The notes below the pieces were generated by a model that worked only from the letters and a program-made list of their open reading frames with translations, was not told the origin of the DNA and ran no database searches. From the NCBI GenBank assembly GCA_035296625.1, contig DATHAO010000049.1, positions 3,264-67,263 on the forward strand: DNA of 64,000 nucleotides. The letters are read 5' to 3'. Within the stretch, counting starts at the first letter, position 1. Every line of letters begins with the position of its first letter. The translations under genes and the position numbers were made by a program. Source of the DNA: Acidimicrobiales bacterium. Its GTDB lineage: Bacteria; Actinomycetota; Acidimicrobiia; Acidimicrobiales; VFJN01. This document shows positions 35,721 through 45,136 of the stretch, piece after piece.

Positions 35721-36098
35721 TCACTCGGCGACCGTCATCTCGTCGCGGGTGAAGAGGGGCCCGAAGCCCAGCCTGGCGATCAGGCGCTGCACCAGGGGCG
35801 GTACGCCGCGCAGGGTCACGCCCCGCCCTGTGTTCGCGGCCGCCGCCGCCACGAGCGCCCGCAGCCCGTCGGCCCCGATGAAGTCGGCCCCGGCGAGGTC
35901 GACCACGAGGCGGCGCCCGGTCGGGGTGGAGCGCGACGCCGCGTCGGCCAGCCCGTCGATCAGGATGCCGGCCGTGAAGCGGTCGACGTCGCCATGGACG
36001 ATCACCGCCACGGCATCTTCGGTCTCGAGGACCATTACGTCACAGGGTTGCGCGATCACGCTTGACCACCTCTCGCCGGAGCGACCTCGGGTCTGCAC
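35721..36098 (-). CDS. STAS-domain anti-sigma-factor antagonist
   Basis: Contains AVAVIVHGDVDRFTAGIL...LVVDLAGADFIGADGLRALV...GVTLRGVPPLVQRLI. The start is uncertain; the internal GTG/ATG near VMVLETE is plausible. Confidence 0.75.
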   Translation of the reverse strand: MQTRGRSGERWSSVIAQPCDVMVLETEDAVAVIVHGDVDRFTAGILIDGLADAASRSTPTGRRLVVDLAGADFIGADGLRALVAAAAANTGRGVTLRGVPPLVQRLIARLGFGPLFTRDEMTVAE

Positions 36099-36197
36099 AA
36101 GGCCGGTTCGCAGGGGTCAAGGCGAGCCGCGCCCTCACCCTAGCGGGTGACCGGCGAGACCACGCGTCCCCGCAGGGTCCGGCGGTAGCTTGCCGGC

Positions 36198-36887
36198 GTG
36201 GACCTGATCGATGCCCTGCGCAGCACGGGTGCGGCGCGGGCGTTCCGGCCCGACCCCGTCCCGGACGAGGTCCTGGCCAGGGTGCTCGACACCGCTCGCT
36301 TCGCGCCCAGCGGCGGCAACCGGCAGGGCTGGCGGGTCGTCGTGGTACACGACCCGGCCACGCGGCGGGCCATGCGCGACCTGTATGTCGACGCCTGGTA
36401 CGACTACCTCGCCCTCGGCGCCGCGGGGCTCACACCCTGGGCCCCCACGAACGACCGTGCGGCCGAGGCCCGGGCTCTGGCCGCCGCCCCGGGCATCGCC
36501 GAGGCGGCCCGGGCGGGCAGCGGCGGGTTCGCCGAGCACCTCGACGAGGTGCCGGTCCTGCTGGTCGTGCTCGCCGACCTCGGGGCGCTGGCCGCCGTCG
36601 ACCGCGACCTCGACCGGTACACGTTCGCCGGCGGGGCGTCGATCTACCCGTTCACCTGGAGCGTGCTGCTCGCCGCCCGGGCCGAGGGCCTCGGCGGAGT
36701 GGTCACCACCATGTCGATCCGCAGCGAGGACCGGCTCAAGGCCCTGCTCGGCGCCGCCGACCACCACGCCGTGGCGGCCGTCGTGGCCCTCGGCCGCCCG
36801 GTCCACCAACCGACCCGGCTACGACGTCAGGCCGTGGCCGACTTCACCACCGTCGACCGCGTCGACGGCCCGCCGTTCTCGGCGTGA
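36198..36887 (+). CDS. nitroreductase family protein
   Basis: GTG start. Contains LIDALRSTGAARAFRPDPVPDEVLARVLDTARFAPSGGNRQGWRVVVV. Confidence 0.82.
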   Translation: MDLIDALRSTGAARAFRPDPVPDEVLARVLDTARFAPSGGNRQGWRVVVVHDPATRRAMRDLYVDAWYDYLALGAAGLTPWAPTNDRAAEARALAAAPGIAEAARAGSGGFAEHLDEVPVLLVVLADLGALAAVDRDLDRYTFAGGASIYPFTWSVLLAARAEGLGGVVTTMSIRSEDRLKALLGAADHHAVAAVVALGRPVHQPTRLRRQAVADFTTVDRVDGPPFSA

Positions 36888-36906
36888 GCCCGGCCGGCGG
36901 CCGCCC

Positions 36907-37926
36907 GTGACGGCAGCGGAGGCCGTGCTCGTCGTGCTCGCCGGCGTGTTCGCCGGGACGGTGAACACGGTGGTCGGATCGGGCTCGCTGGTGACGTTTC
37001 CCGTGCTGCTGGCCGTGGGCTACCCGGCGCTCGTCGCCAACGTGTCCAACACGGTCGGCCTCGTGCCGGGCTCGATCAGCGGCTCGTGGGGCTACCGGCG
37101 CGAGCTGGCGGGCCAGCGGCACCGGGCCCGGGTGCTGGGCGCGGCCTCGACGACGGGCGGCCTCACGGGCGGCGTGCTGCTGCTGTCGCTGCCGGGCAGC
37201 GTGTTCGAGCAGGTCGTGCCCGTGCTGATCCTCGTGGCGTCCGGGCTGATGGCGGCCCAGCCCCGCATCACCCGGCAGATGGCCCGGCGCCGGGCCGCGG
37301 CCGCCTCGACCGGCGGCAGGGACGGCGCCGACGACGGCCCGTCCCACCCCGATGCGGACGACCCCGGCGGGGGTGACCCCGGCTCGGGCATCGGCGATGG
37401 CACCGGCACCGGCGACCCCGGAGCCGGCCCAGGCGACCCCGGAGCCGGCCTACGCGACGCCGGAGCCGGCCTACGCGACACCGGAGCCGACGGACCTGCC
37501 CGAGGAACGGGCACGCCGGTCGCCCGAGGGACGGGCAGGCCGGGCGGGACGGCGTCCACCGGCGGCGGCGCCGAGCGGACCAGCCCGCTGCTCGTCGCGG
37601 GCGTCTTCGCCACCGGCGTCTACGGCGGCTACTTCGGGGCCGCCCAGGGGATCATCCTGCTCTCGCTGCTCGGCATCTTCGTGGCCGACCACCTCCAGCG
37701 GCTCAACGCCCTCAAGAACGTGCTGGCCGCGCTCGTCAACGGGGTGGCCGCCGTGCTGTTCATCACCACGAGCGACGTGGCGTGGGAGGCGGCCGGTCTG
37801 CTCGCTGTCGGTGCGACGGTGGGCGGCCAGATTGGCGCGCACGTGGGCCGCCGCATCCCGGCAGCCGCGCTGCGGATCGTGGTCGTGGTGGTCGGCGTCG
37901 TGGTCGCGCTGCACTTCTGGCTCTGA
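36907..37926 (+). CDS. TauE/SafE (TSUP) family anion exporter with a large low-complexity loop
   Basis: GTG 36907. Contains AGVFAGTVNTVVGSGSLVTFPVLL and, in the second half, GVYGGYFGAAQGIILL. The two halves are split by a Gly/Asp/Pro/Ala-rich loop of about 100 aa. Confidence 0.78.
   Translation: MTAAEAVLVVLAGVFAGTVNTVVGSGSLVTFPVLLAVGYPALVANVSNTVGLVPGSISGSWGYRRELAGQRHRARVLGAASTTGGLTGGVLLLSLPGSVFEQVVPVLILVASGLMAAQPRITRQMARRRAAAASTGGRDGADDGPSHPDADDPGGGDPGSGIGDGTGTGDPGAGPGDPGAGLRDAGAGLRDTGADGPARGTGTPVARGTGRPGGTASTGGGAERTSPLLVAGVFATGVYGGYFGAAQGIILLSLLGIFVADHLQRLNALKNVLAALVNGVAAVLFITTSDVAWEAAGLLAVGATVGGQIGAHVGRRIPAAALRIVVVVVGVVVALHFWL
37411..37494 (+). repeat. 21-bp tandem repeat x4 inside the TSUP loop
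   Basis: Units at 37411, 37432, 37453 and 37474 (SGCGACVCCGGAGCCGRCSNA). They encode GDPGAGP / GDPGAGL / RDAGAGL / RDTGADG. Confidence 0.85.
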
Positions 37927-38042
37927 CGCGGCTCGGCGTCGTCCGGCGCCCGGCCCGAGGCCATGCGTGCCCGACCCGTGCCCCCTCGACGGGCGGTGAA
38001 CGCCGTTCGCGTGGTAGCAACGAAACCGGGAAGGGGGGTCAC

Positions 38043-39728
38043 ATGGACACCACGTACGACGCCGCCGCCGCCCGGGTGACGGCCCCGGGCCAGCGCTTCG
38101 AGACGGGCCAGGTCGACGTCGACGGCCGCACGTACACGACGTTCGTGAACGCGCCCCCGACACTACGCCCGCTGTTCGCGTCCGCCCGCGAACGGGGCGA
38201 CCGCGACTTCCTCGTCTACGAGGACGAGCGCTGGTCGTTCGCCGAGGTCATGGCCCAGGTCGACGCGCTCGGCCACCTGCTGGTCCACGAGCACGGCGTG
38301 CACGTCGGCGACCGCGTGGCGATCGCGATGCGCAACTACCCCGAGTGGATCGTCTCGTTCGCCGCCATCACGTCGATCGGCGCCATCGCCGTGGCCCTCA
38401 ACGCCTGGTGGACGGCGGATGAGCTGGAGTACGCCCTCGACGACAGCACCCCCACGGTCCTCATGGGCGACCGCGAGCGGATCGAGCGGGCCTGGCCGGG
38501 ATGTGAGCGGCGGGGCATCGCAGCCATAGCCGTCCGCCAGGGGGAGGCCGAACCGCCCGCCGGCGTGTCCCGCTGGGAGGACGTGCTGCCCCTGGGCGAG
38601 GCGCTGCCCGACCAGGCGCCGGGTCCGGACGACGACGCCACGATCCTCTACACCTCGGGCACGACCGGGAACCCGAAGGGCGCCGTGTCGACGCACCGGG
38701 CGCTCGTCCAGTCGCTCATGGGCTTCGGTTGCCGGGTCGCGATCGAGCGGGCGCGCACGGGCGCGGCCGCGGCGCCCGAGCCCGAGGCCCCCGCCGATCC
38801 GCCGGTGCTCATCCTCGTCGTGCCGCTCTTCCACGTCACCGGGCTCGTGCCGGTCATGCTGTCGTGCTTCGCGGCGGGCGTGAAGCTCGTGATCATGTAC
38901 AAGTGGCACGCCGAGCGGGCCCTCGAGCTGATCGAGCGCGAGCGGGTCACGAGCTTCGTCGGCGTGCCGACCCAGAGCTGGGACCTGCTCGAGTCGCCCC
39001 GCTTCGCCGAGTTCGACACGTCGAGCCTGGTGTCGGTGGGCGGCGGCGGCGCCCCGATGCCGCCGAAGATGGTCGCCCGGGTCGAGCGCAGCTTCAGCAA
39101 GGGCCGGCCGTCGATCGGCTACGGCTTGACCGAGACGAACGCGTACGGGCCCGGCCACTCGGGCGACGACTTCGTCCGCAAGCCGACGAGCACGGGCCGC
39201 GGCACGCCGATCCTGCAGGTCGAGGTGCGCGACGAGGACGGCAACGCCCTGCCGCCCGGCGGCGTGGGCGAGATCTGGTTCAAGGGCCCCCACCTCATCC
39301 GGGGCTACTGGGGCAAGCCCGAGGCCACGGCCGAGACGATCGTCGACGGCTGGCTGCGCACCGGCGACCTGGGCCGGGTCGACGACGAGGGCTTCGTCTA
39401 CGTGCAGGACCGCCTCAAGGACATCATCCTGCGCGGCGGCGAGAACGTGTACTGCGCCGAGGTCGAGGCCGCGCTCTACGAGCACCCGTCGGTCCTCGAG
39501 GCCGCCGTGTTCGGCGTGCCCCACGAGCGCCTCGGCGAGGAGGTGGCCGCCGCCGTCGTGCCCAAGCCGGGTGCCAGGCTGACCGTGGCCGACCTCGAGG
39601 GCCTCCTCGGGGCCCACCTCGCCCCGTTCAAGGTGCCGAGCCGGTGGCTGCTCGCCGAGGCGCCGCTGCCCCGCAACGCAGCGGGCAAGGTGCTCAAGCG
39701 CTCGCTGCGCGACGAGCTGGCCAGCTGA
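38043..39728 (+). CDS. AMP-dependent acyl-CoA synthetase/ligase
   Basis: 561 aa from ATG 38043. Contains the YTSGTTGNPKG AMP-binding motif, GYGLTET, and TGDLGRVDDEGFVYVQDRLKDII...GKVLK. Confidence 0.88.
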   Translation: MDTTYDAAAARVTAPGQRFETGQVDVDGRTYTTFVNAPPTLRPLFASARERGDRDFLVYEDERWSFAEVMAQVDALGHLLVHEHGVHVGDRVAIAMRNYPEWIVSFAAITSIGAIAVALNAWWTADELEYALDDSTPTVLMGDRERIERAWPGCERRGIAAIAVRQGEAEPPAGVSRWEDVLPLGEALPDQAPGPDDDATILYTSGTTGNPKGAVSTHRALVQSLMGFGCRVAIERARTGAAAAPEPEAPADPPVLILVVPLFHVTGLVPVMLSCFAAGVKLVIMYKWHAERALELIERERVTSFVGVPTQSWDLLESPRFAEFDTSSLVSVGGGGAPMPPKMVARVERSFSKGRPSIGYGLTETNAYGPGHSGDDFVRKPTSTGRGTPILQVEVRDEDGNALPPGGVGEIWFKGPHLIRGYWGKPEATAETIVDGWLRTGDLGRVDDEGFVYVQDRLKDIILRGGENVYCAEVEAALYEHPSVLEAAVFGVPHERLGEEVAAAVVPKPGARLTVADLEGLLGAHLAPFKVPSRWLLAEAPLPRNAAGKVLKRSLRDELAS

Positions 39729-40472
39729 CTACGAGGGCTGGTCGACCCGGGGGCCGGGCACCCGGCGGAACGCGAACGGCTCGCTGCGCCTCCCGGCCTG
39801 CACGAACCAGCACTCGCCGGTACCGTCGCCGTCGATGATCGCCTCGAACGCCGTCACGACGTCGGCGACCGGGATGATCGGGAAGCCGGCCTCGCGCAGC
39901 AGGTCGTGGGCGCCGGCGATCAGCGGCGTGTCGGCGAAGCCCGGGCACAGGGCGTTGATGCGCAACCCCTGACCGCCGTAGGCCAGGCCGAGCGAGCGGA
40001 CGAGACCGACCACGGCGTGCTTGTTCGCCACGTAGAGCGGGTCGTTGGGCACGGCGACGAGGCCGGCGAGGCTGGCCGTGGCGACGATCTGGCCGGCGCC
40101 CCGGGCGAGCAGCGCCGGCAGGGCGGCAACGACGCCGAACACGACGCCGTCCAGGTTGACGCCCATGACCGTGCGGTACCGCTCGACGGAGAAGTCGTCG
40201 CCGAGCGTCATCTGGCTGGTCACCCCGGCGTTGAGGAACGCCAGGTCGAGGCCGCCGAAGCGCTCGACGGCGGCGGCCACCGCCGCCTTGCTGGCGTCGG
40301 GGTCGCGCACGTCGGTGGGGACGAACAGCCCGTCGATCTCGTCCGCCACGGCCTCGCCGGCCGGGTCGATGTCGGCCACGACCACGGCGGCGCCGCGCTC
40401 GTGCAGGCGGCGGGCCACGGCGGAGCCGAAGCCGCCGGCCCCACCGGTGACGAGCGCAACCTGATCCGTCAT
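39729..40472 (-). CDS. short-chain dehydrogenase/reductase (SDR)
   Basis: 247 aa from ATG 40472. Contains the TGGAGGFG Rossmann motif, NAG, and the YVANKHAV (YxxxK) catalytic motif. Abuts the convergent ligase gene with no gap. Confidence 0.88.
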   Translation of the reverse strand: MTDQVALVTGGAGGFGSAVARRLHERGAAVVVADIDPAGEAVADEIDGLFVPTDVRDPDASKAAVAAAVERFGGLDLAFLNAGVTSQMTLGDDFSVERYRTVMGVNLDGVVFGVVAALPALLARGAGQIVATASLAGLVAVPNDPLYVANKHAVVGLVRSLGLAYGGQGLRINALCPGFADTPLIAGAHDLLREAGFPIIPVADVVTAFEAIIDGDGTGECWFVQAGRRSEPFAFRRVPGPRVDQPS

Positions 40473-40606
40473 GTGCCCTCCCGTGGCGCGATCGCGCCAG
40501 CCAACCACACCAGGCCCCGTCCCACCCAGGCGAGGGCGCAGCAGCCGGACCGTCGCTACGATCCGTCGCAGGGCGGACCGGCGGAGGGCCGCCCCGAGGA
40601 GGGACC

Positions 40607-41644
40607 ATGGCCGAGGCGCTCACGTGGGATCCGCTCGACGGCGCGGGCGGGCGGGTGGCGGGCGTCGCCCTGCCGGTGACGTACGCCGTCGGCACGGTGA
40701 ACTGCTGGATCTTCCCCGACCGGCCCGTCACGCTGGTCGACCCCGGCATGCTCCACGCCGGCGGCTTCGAGCGGTTGCAGGCGGCGCTCGCCGAGCGGGG
40801 CCTGGCGCTGGCGGACGTCGACCAGGTCGTCGTGACCCACGGCCACCCGGACCATTGGGGCGCGGTGGGCGCCGTGGTCGAGGCGTCGGACGCCGTCGTG
40901 CTCGGGACGGCCGAGGAGCTGCGCAAGATCACCGCCATGAGTCGGTGGGACTTCCCGCCCGACGAGATCGACCTGCTCGTCCGCATGATCGCCCGCCTGG
41001 GTTTTCCTCCCGAGGTGGCGGCTCTGGCCCCGGACCTGATGCGGGCAACGATCACCGCGGCCACCGCACCGCTGGACCCGGCCAGCACCCGCGCCGTGCA
41101 CGAGGGCGACACGGTGGCGCTCGGCGCGTACGCCACCGTCGCCGGGATCCACGCGGGCCACGTCACCGCGCACCTGTGCCTCGACGCCGACGTGTTCTAC
41201 GTGAGCGGCGACCACCTGCTGGCCGACATCACGCCGAACCCGTTCTTCGAGCTCGACGCCACCCGCCCCGAGCTGCGGCGGGCCAGCCTGCCCGAGTACC
41301 TCGACTCGCTCCCCCTCCTGGCGGACCAGATCGGCGCCGCACCGGTCCTGCCCGGCCACGGGCCCACGTTCGACGACGCCGCCGCCGTGGTCGCCGTCCT
41401 GCGCCGCAAGGCCGACGCGCGCACGGAGGAGATGCTGGCGCTGCTCGCCGGGGCGGGGCCCGAGGGCTGGACCCCGGTCGAGCTGGCCGAGCGGGCGTTC
41501 CCCGACGAGGCTGGCGGCGACGTGTTCCTGGCCGTGGCCGAATGCGCCGGCCACCTGGACCGCCTCGTGGCCGACGGCCGAGCCCACGTCGACCCCACCG
41601 GCCGCTACGCGGTCACGTCCGGCTCCTCGCCAGCGCCCGCCTGA
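40607..41644 (+). CDS. MBL-fold metallo-hydrolase
   Basis: Contains the VVVTHGHPDHWG (HxHxDH) motif and a C-terminal winged-helix-like tail. Confidence 0.8.
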   Translation: MAEALTWDPLDGAGGRVAGVALPVTYAVGTVNCWIFPDRPVTLVDPGMLHAGGFERLQAALAERGLALADVDQVVVTHGHPDHWGAVGAVVEASDAVVLGTAEELRKITAMSRWDFPPDEIDLLVRMIARLGFPPEVAALAPDLMRATITAATAPLDPASTRAVHEGDTVALGAYATVAGIHAGHVTAHLCLDADVFYVSGDHLLADITPNPFFELDATRPELRRASLPEYLDSLPLLADQIGAAPVLPGHGPTFDDAAAVVAVLRRKADARTEEMLALLAGAGPEGWTPVELAERAFPDEAGGDVFLAVAECAGHLDRLVADGRAHVDPTGRYAVTSGSSPAPA

Positions 41645-41732
41645 CGCCGGCCCCGGCGGGCAAGTGTTGTGCGGACAGTGCGGCCCCCGGCACAACGTCC
41701 TGCACAATGTGCGGGAGCGGGAAAACCGGGGG

Positions 41733-42296
41733 ATGCCCGGCCAGGATGGGCGCGTGTCCGGGATCGTCGAGGCCGTCCACCGCAGCGCCCGCCACACCAT
41801 GGCCAAGGCCGGGGCGGGTGCCATCGAGCTCGTCGCCGGCTTGGGCGTCCAGGGCGACGCCCATCTGGGCGCCACCGTCAAGCACCGCTCCCGCGTGCGG
41901 CGCGATCCCACGGCGCCGAACCTGCGCCAGGTGCACCTGATCCACGCCGAGCTGCACGACGAGCTCCGGGCCCGGGGCTTCGCCGTCGCCTCCGGGGCCA
42001 TGGGCGAGAACGTCACGACCCGCGGCCTCGACGTGCTTGCCCTGCCCACCGGCACCCGGTTGCGCCTCGGCGAGACGGCGGTCGTCGAGGTCACGGGCCT
42101 GCGCACCCCCTGCCGCCAGCTCGAGGGCGTGGCGTCGGGCCTGATGGCCGCCGTGCTCGACCGCGACGCCGACGGCGGGGTGGTCCGCCGGGCCGGTGTC
42201 ATGGCGATCGTGCTGGCCGGCGGCGAGGTCCGGCCCGGCGATCCCATCGAGGTCGGCCTGCCGGCAGCGCCCCACCGTGCTCTGCAACCGGTCTGA
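41733..42296 (+). CDS. MOSC domain-containing protein
   Basis: Contains GLGVQGDAH, GENVTTRGLD, and VEVTGLRTPCRQLE with the conserved Cys. The start could instead be GTG at VSGIVEAV. Confidence 0.75.
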   Translation: MPGQDGRVSGIVEAVHRSARHTMAKAGAGAIELVAGLGVQGDAHLGATVKHRSRVRRDPTAPNLRQVHLIHAELHDELRARGFAVASGAMGENVTTRGLDVLALPTGTRLRLGETAVVEVTGLRTPCRQLEGVASGLMAAVLDRDADGGVVRRAGVMAIVLAGGEVRPGDPIEVGLPAAPHRALQPV

Positions 42297-42379
42297 CACC
42301 CATGGGAGGTGTCCGGCGGCCCCGCAGCGGGGATGGTTCTGTTTCGGACGATTCACCGTCGCGCCGGAGGGCCGCACAC

Positions 42380-43111
42380 ATGGCCGGTCGTGAGGCCACT
42401 CTGATCCTGCTGCGCCACGGGCGGACGGCGTGGTCGGACCGTCAGGTGTTCACCGGGCAGGTCGACGTCCCCCTCAGCGACGACGGACGCGCGCAGGCCC
42501 GCGCCGCCGCACGGCGCCTCGCCGCGTTCCGTCCCGACCTGGTGTTGAGCAGCGACCTGCGGCGGGCCACGGACACCGCCCGAGCCGTCGGCGCCGCCTC
42601 CGGGGCCCGCGTGGCCGAGGACCCGCGCCTCCGCGAGGAGCGCCTCGGCGGCTGGGAGGGCCTCACCCGCCATGAGGTCGCGCAGCTCTACCCCCGAGAG
42701 TACGCGCGCTGGCGGGTCCACCACCTGGCCGCCTCTGCGAACCGCGAGGGCATGCCGGCCGTGGCCACCCGCGCCCTCGACGCCATCGGCGAGGCCCTCG
42801 ACGCCTTGCCCGGCCGTGCGCCCACCCTCGTGGCGGTGACCCACCTGAACACGGCCCTCGCCCTGACCGGCCGGCTGCTCGGCTTGGCCGGCCGGGGCCT
42901 GGTGGCGGTGGGCAGCCTGCGGCCCGGGGCGTTCTCGGTGCTCGTGCAGCAGGAGTCGGGCGGCTGGACGCTCTGCGCCCACGACGTGGGCGTGAACGAC
43001 CCCGCCGACCTCCCCGAGGCGGCCGCGCCGGCCACCGGGGACGAGCCTGACCCCTCGACCCCGGCCCCCGGCGACTCCCGCGGGCGCGTAGATCTGCGGG
43101 GATACTGCTGA
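42380..43111 (+). CDS. histidine phosphatase (phosphoglycerate-mutase-like) family protein
   Basis: Contains the LILLRHGRTAWS (RHG motif), then LSDDGRAQA and, further downstream, VTHLN. Confidence 0.85.
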   Translation: MAGREATLILLRHGRTAWSDRQVFTGQVDVPLSDDGRAQARAAARRLAAFRPDLVLSSDLRRATDTARAVGAASGARVAEDPRLREERLGGWEGLTRHEVAQLYPREYARWRVHHLAASANREGMPAVATRALDAIGEALDALPGRAPTLVAVTHLNTALALTGRLLGLAGRGLVAVGSLRPGAFSVLVQQESGGWTLCAHDVGVNDPADLPEAAAPATGDEPDPSTPAPGDSRGRVDLRGYC

Positions 43112-43143
43112 GCACGCCGGACGCTCGGGTACCGTCGGCATCG

Positions 43144-45135
43144 ATGGCCACCGGGACCGGACCGGCGTCGCAGCGGTCGGATGGGCGGCCGACGGCCGGC
43201 GTCCCGAGTCCGCCCGGCGCCCGGCGGTCCGGCCCCGTGCCGGGCACGGGTACCCGTCCCACTGCGGGCAGCGACCCCACCACGGGCACTAGCCCCGCCA
43301 CAGGAAGGCGGCCCACGAGGCGAGCGACGGGCGCCCGCCCCGCCGCGGCTAGCGACCCAGCCACAGGCGCCTTCCCCACCACGGGCTCCAGCCCCGCGGC
43401 AGGAAGGCGGCCCACAAGGCGGGCGCCGGGCACTCGTCCCCCCAGGGGCAGCGACCTCACCACGGGAAGCCATCCCACGACGAGAACGCGCGCCGAGCCG
43501 CGGTACCGCACGGGAACCGACCCCGCCGTCGACGCCGACGCCCGGCCCGCCGCACACGCCCCGCCTGGTCCCGTCCGCCGGTCGCTGGTCGTGGTGGCTG
43601 CGCTCGTCGTGCTGGCCGGCCTGGGCCTGCGGGCCTACGTGTGGAGCACCGCCCTCGGCGAGCCCGACCTCGACGAGGCCACGGTCGGGGTGCAGGCCGA
43701 GGCGTTTCTCGACGGCGACGTGGCCGTGTTCTTCCCCAACCAGGCCTACGGCGGCACGCTGGAGACCGGACTCGTCGCCGTGGCGTTCGCGGTCCTCGGC
43801 ACCTCGACGTTCGTGCTCAAGCTCGTGCCCGTGGCGCTCGCGGTGGCCGCCACGGCACTCACTTGGCGCGCCGCGCGCCGGGTCGTGCCGAGCCGGCTCG
43901 GGCAGTGGTGCGTGCCGGCGCTCATGTGGTGCTGGCCGGCCTCGGCCGTGCTGTTCTCGACGAAGGAGCGTGGCTTCTACGGCGTCGCGCTCGTGCTCGC
44001 CGCCGCCATCGTGCTTCTCGTCCTGCGCCTCGACGCCGAACCGACCGCCCGCGACATCGTGCTGGTCGGCCTCTGCCTCGGCCTCGGCTGGTGGACCACC
44101 CCGCTGTCGCTGCTCGTGGCGGTGCCCGCCCTGGCCTGGCTGATCGCACGCCACCCGGCCCTGGTCCGCGCCACCCGGCCCGTCGCCCTGGCCGCCCTGG
44201 CCGCGGGCCTGCCCTGGATCCTCCACAACGTCACGCACGGGTTCTCCTCACTGGAGGCGCCGTCCGGTTTCGGCACCAGCTGGGCGGACCGCACCGGCGA
44301 CTTCCTCGACAAGCTGCCGATCGTCGCCGGGCTCGAGACACCGTGGGACCCCGACCGGCGCCTGCTGCCCTGGAGCCTCGCCCTCCAGGCCGTGGTCGTG
44401 GTCGTCGTCGTGGTGGCCACCCTCCGCACGCGTCGCCGGGCGCCCGGCCTGCTGGCCACGATCCTCGTGGGCTACGGCGTGCTCTACGGGCTGAACGGCC
44501 TCGTGGCCGGCGTCGGCGGCGACCCGCGCTACCTCTACCCGCTGCTGCCCGTGCTCGCCCTATCCGTGGGATCGCTGATTCCCGACCCGGTGCCCGCCGC
44601 GTCGGACCACCTGGTCGGCGCCGGCATTGTCGTGGCCGACGAGGACCGCGACCTCCGCATGCTCCTCGCCGTCACGGCCGCGGCCGTGGGGCTCACCGTG
44701 TGGGGCCTGGTGGGTACGCGCGCCGTGGCCTCCGCGCCGGACCCCGACAGCTTCCTGTCCTCCGACGGCATCGAGGGGGTGACCGACCTGCTGGAGGACC
44801 GCGGCGTCGGCACGGCGATCACCGACGTTTCCGGGATGCAAATCACCTTCCTGTCCGACCGCCGCGTCGAGGCGAGCTCGTTCGTCGTGCCCCGCGTGCC
44901 CGCCGTCGAGCGCGGCGCCCGGGCCGACCCGACGAGCACCTACGTGCTCGACGCCGACCTCTACGGCAACGCCGACCGGCTCGACGCCTGGCTCACCGCC
45001 CGGGGGGTCGCCGCCGAGCGCCACCGCATCGGGCGCTGGCGGGTGTTCCTGCTCGACCAGCGGGTCCTCCCCGAAGACGCGGGACTGCTCGAAGCCTTCG
45101 GTCCCGTGCCGCCTCTGCCGGCCGAGCGTCGATAG
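43144..45135 (+). CDS. GT-C fold membrane glycosyltransferase (GT39/PMT_2-like) with a repeat-rich N-terminal extension
   Basis: Has multiple TM helices after aa 140, a first-loop LDEATVG acidic motif and a large C-terminal soluble domain. The true start is uncertain because the first 130 aa or so are Pro/Thr/Arg/Gly repeats. Confidence 0.55.
   Translation: MATGTGPASQRSDGRPTAGVPSPPGARRSGPVPGTGTRPTAGSDPTTGTSPATGRRPTRRATGARPAAASDPATGAFPTTGSSPAAGRRPTRRAPGTRPPRGSDLTTGSHPTTRTRAEPRYRTGTDPAVDADARPAAHAPPGPVRRSLVVVAALVVLAGLGLRAYVWSTALGEPDLDEATVGVQAEAFLDGDVAVFFPNQAYGGTLETGLVAVAFAVLGTSTFVLKLVPVALAVAATALTWRAARRVVPSRLGQWCVPALMWCWPASAVLFSTKERGFYGVALVLAAAIVLLVLRLDAEPTARDIVLVGLCLGLGWWTTPLSLLVAVPALAWLIARHPALVRATRPVALAALAAGLPWILHNVTHGFSSLEAPSGFGTSWADRTGDFLDKLPIVAGLETPWDPDRRLLPWSLALQAVVVVVVVVATLRTRRRAPGLLATILVGYGVLYGLNGLVAGVGGDPRYLYPLLPVLALSVGSLIPDPVPAASDHLVGAGIVVADEDRDLRMLLAVTAAAVGLTVWGLVGTRAVASAPDPDSFLSSDGIEGVTDLLEDRGVGTAITDVSGMQITFLSDRRVEASSFVVPRVPAVERGARADPTSTYVLDADLYGNADRLDAWLTARGVAAERHRIGRWRVFLLDQRVLPEDAGLLEAFGPVPPLPAERR
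43243..43483 (+). repeat. about 87-99-bp imperfect tandem repeat x about 2.6 in the 5' end of the glycosyltransferase ORF
   Basis: Units run about 43243-43329, 43330-43428 and 43429-43483. They encode G(T/A)RP..(G/A)SDP(T/A)TG...SPA(T/A)GRRPTRRA(T/P). Confidence 0.75.
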
Positions 45136-45136
45136 G

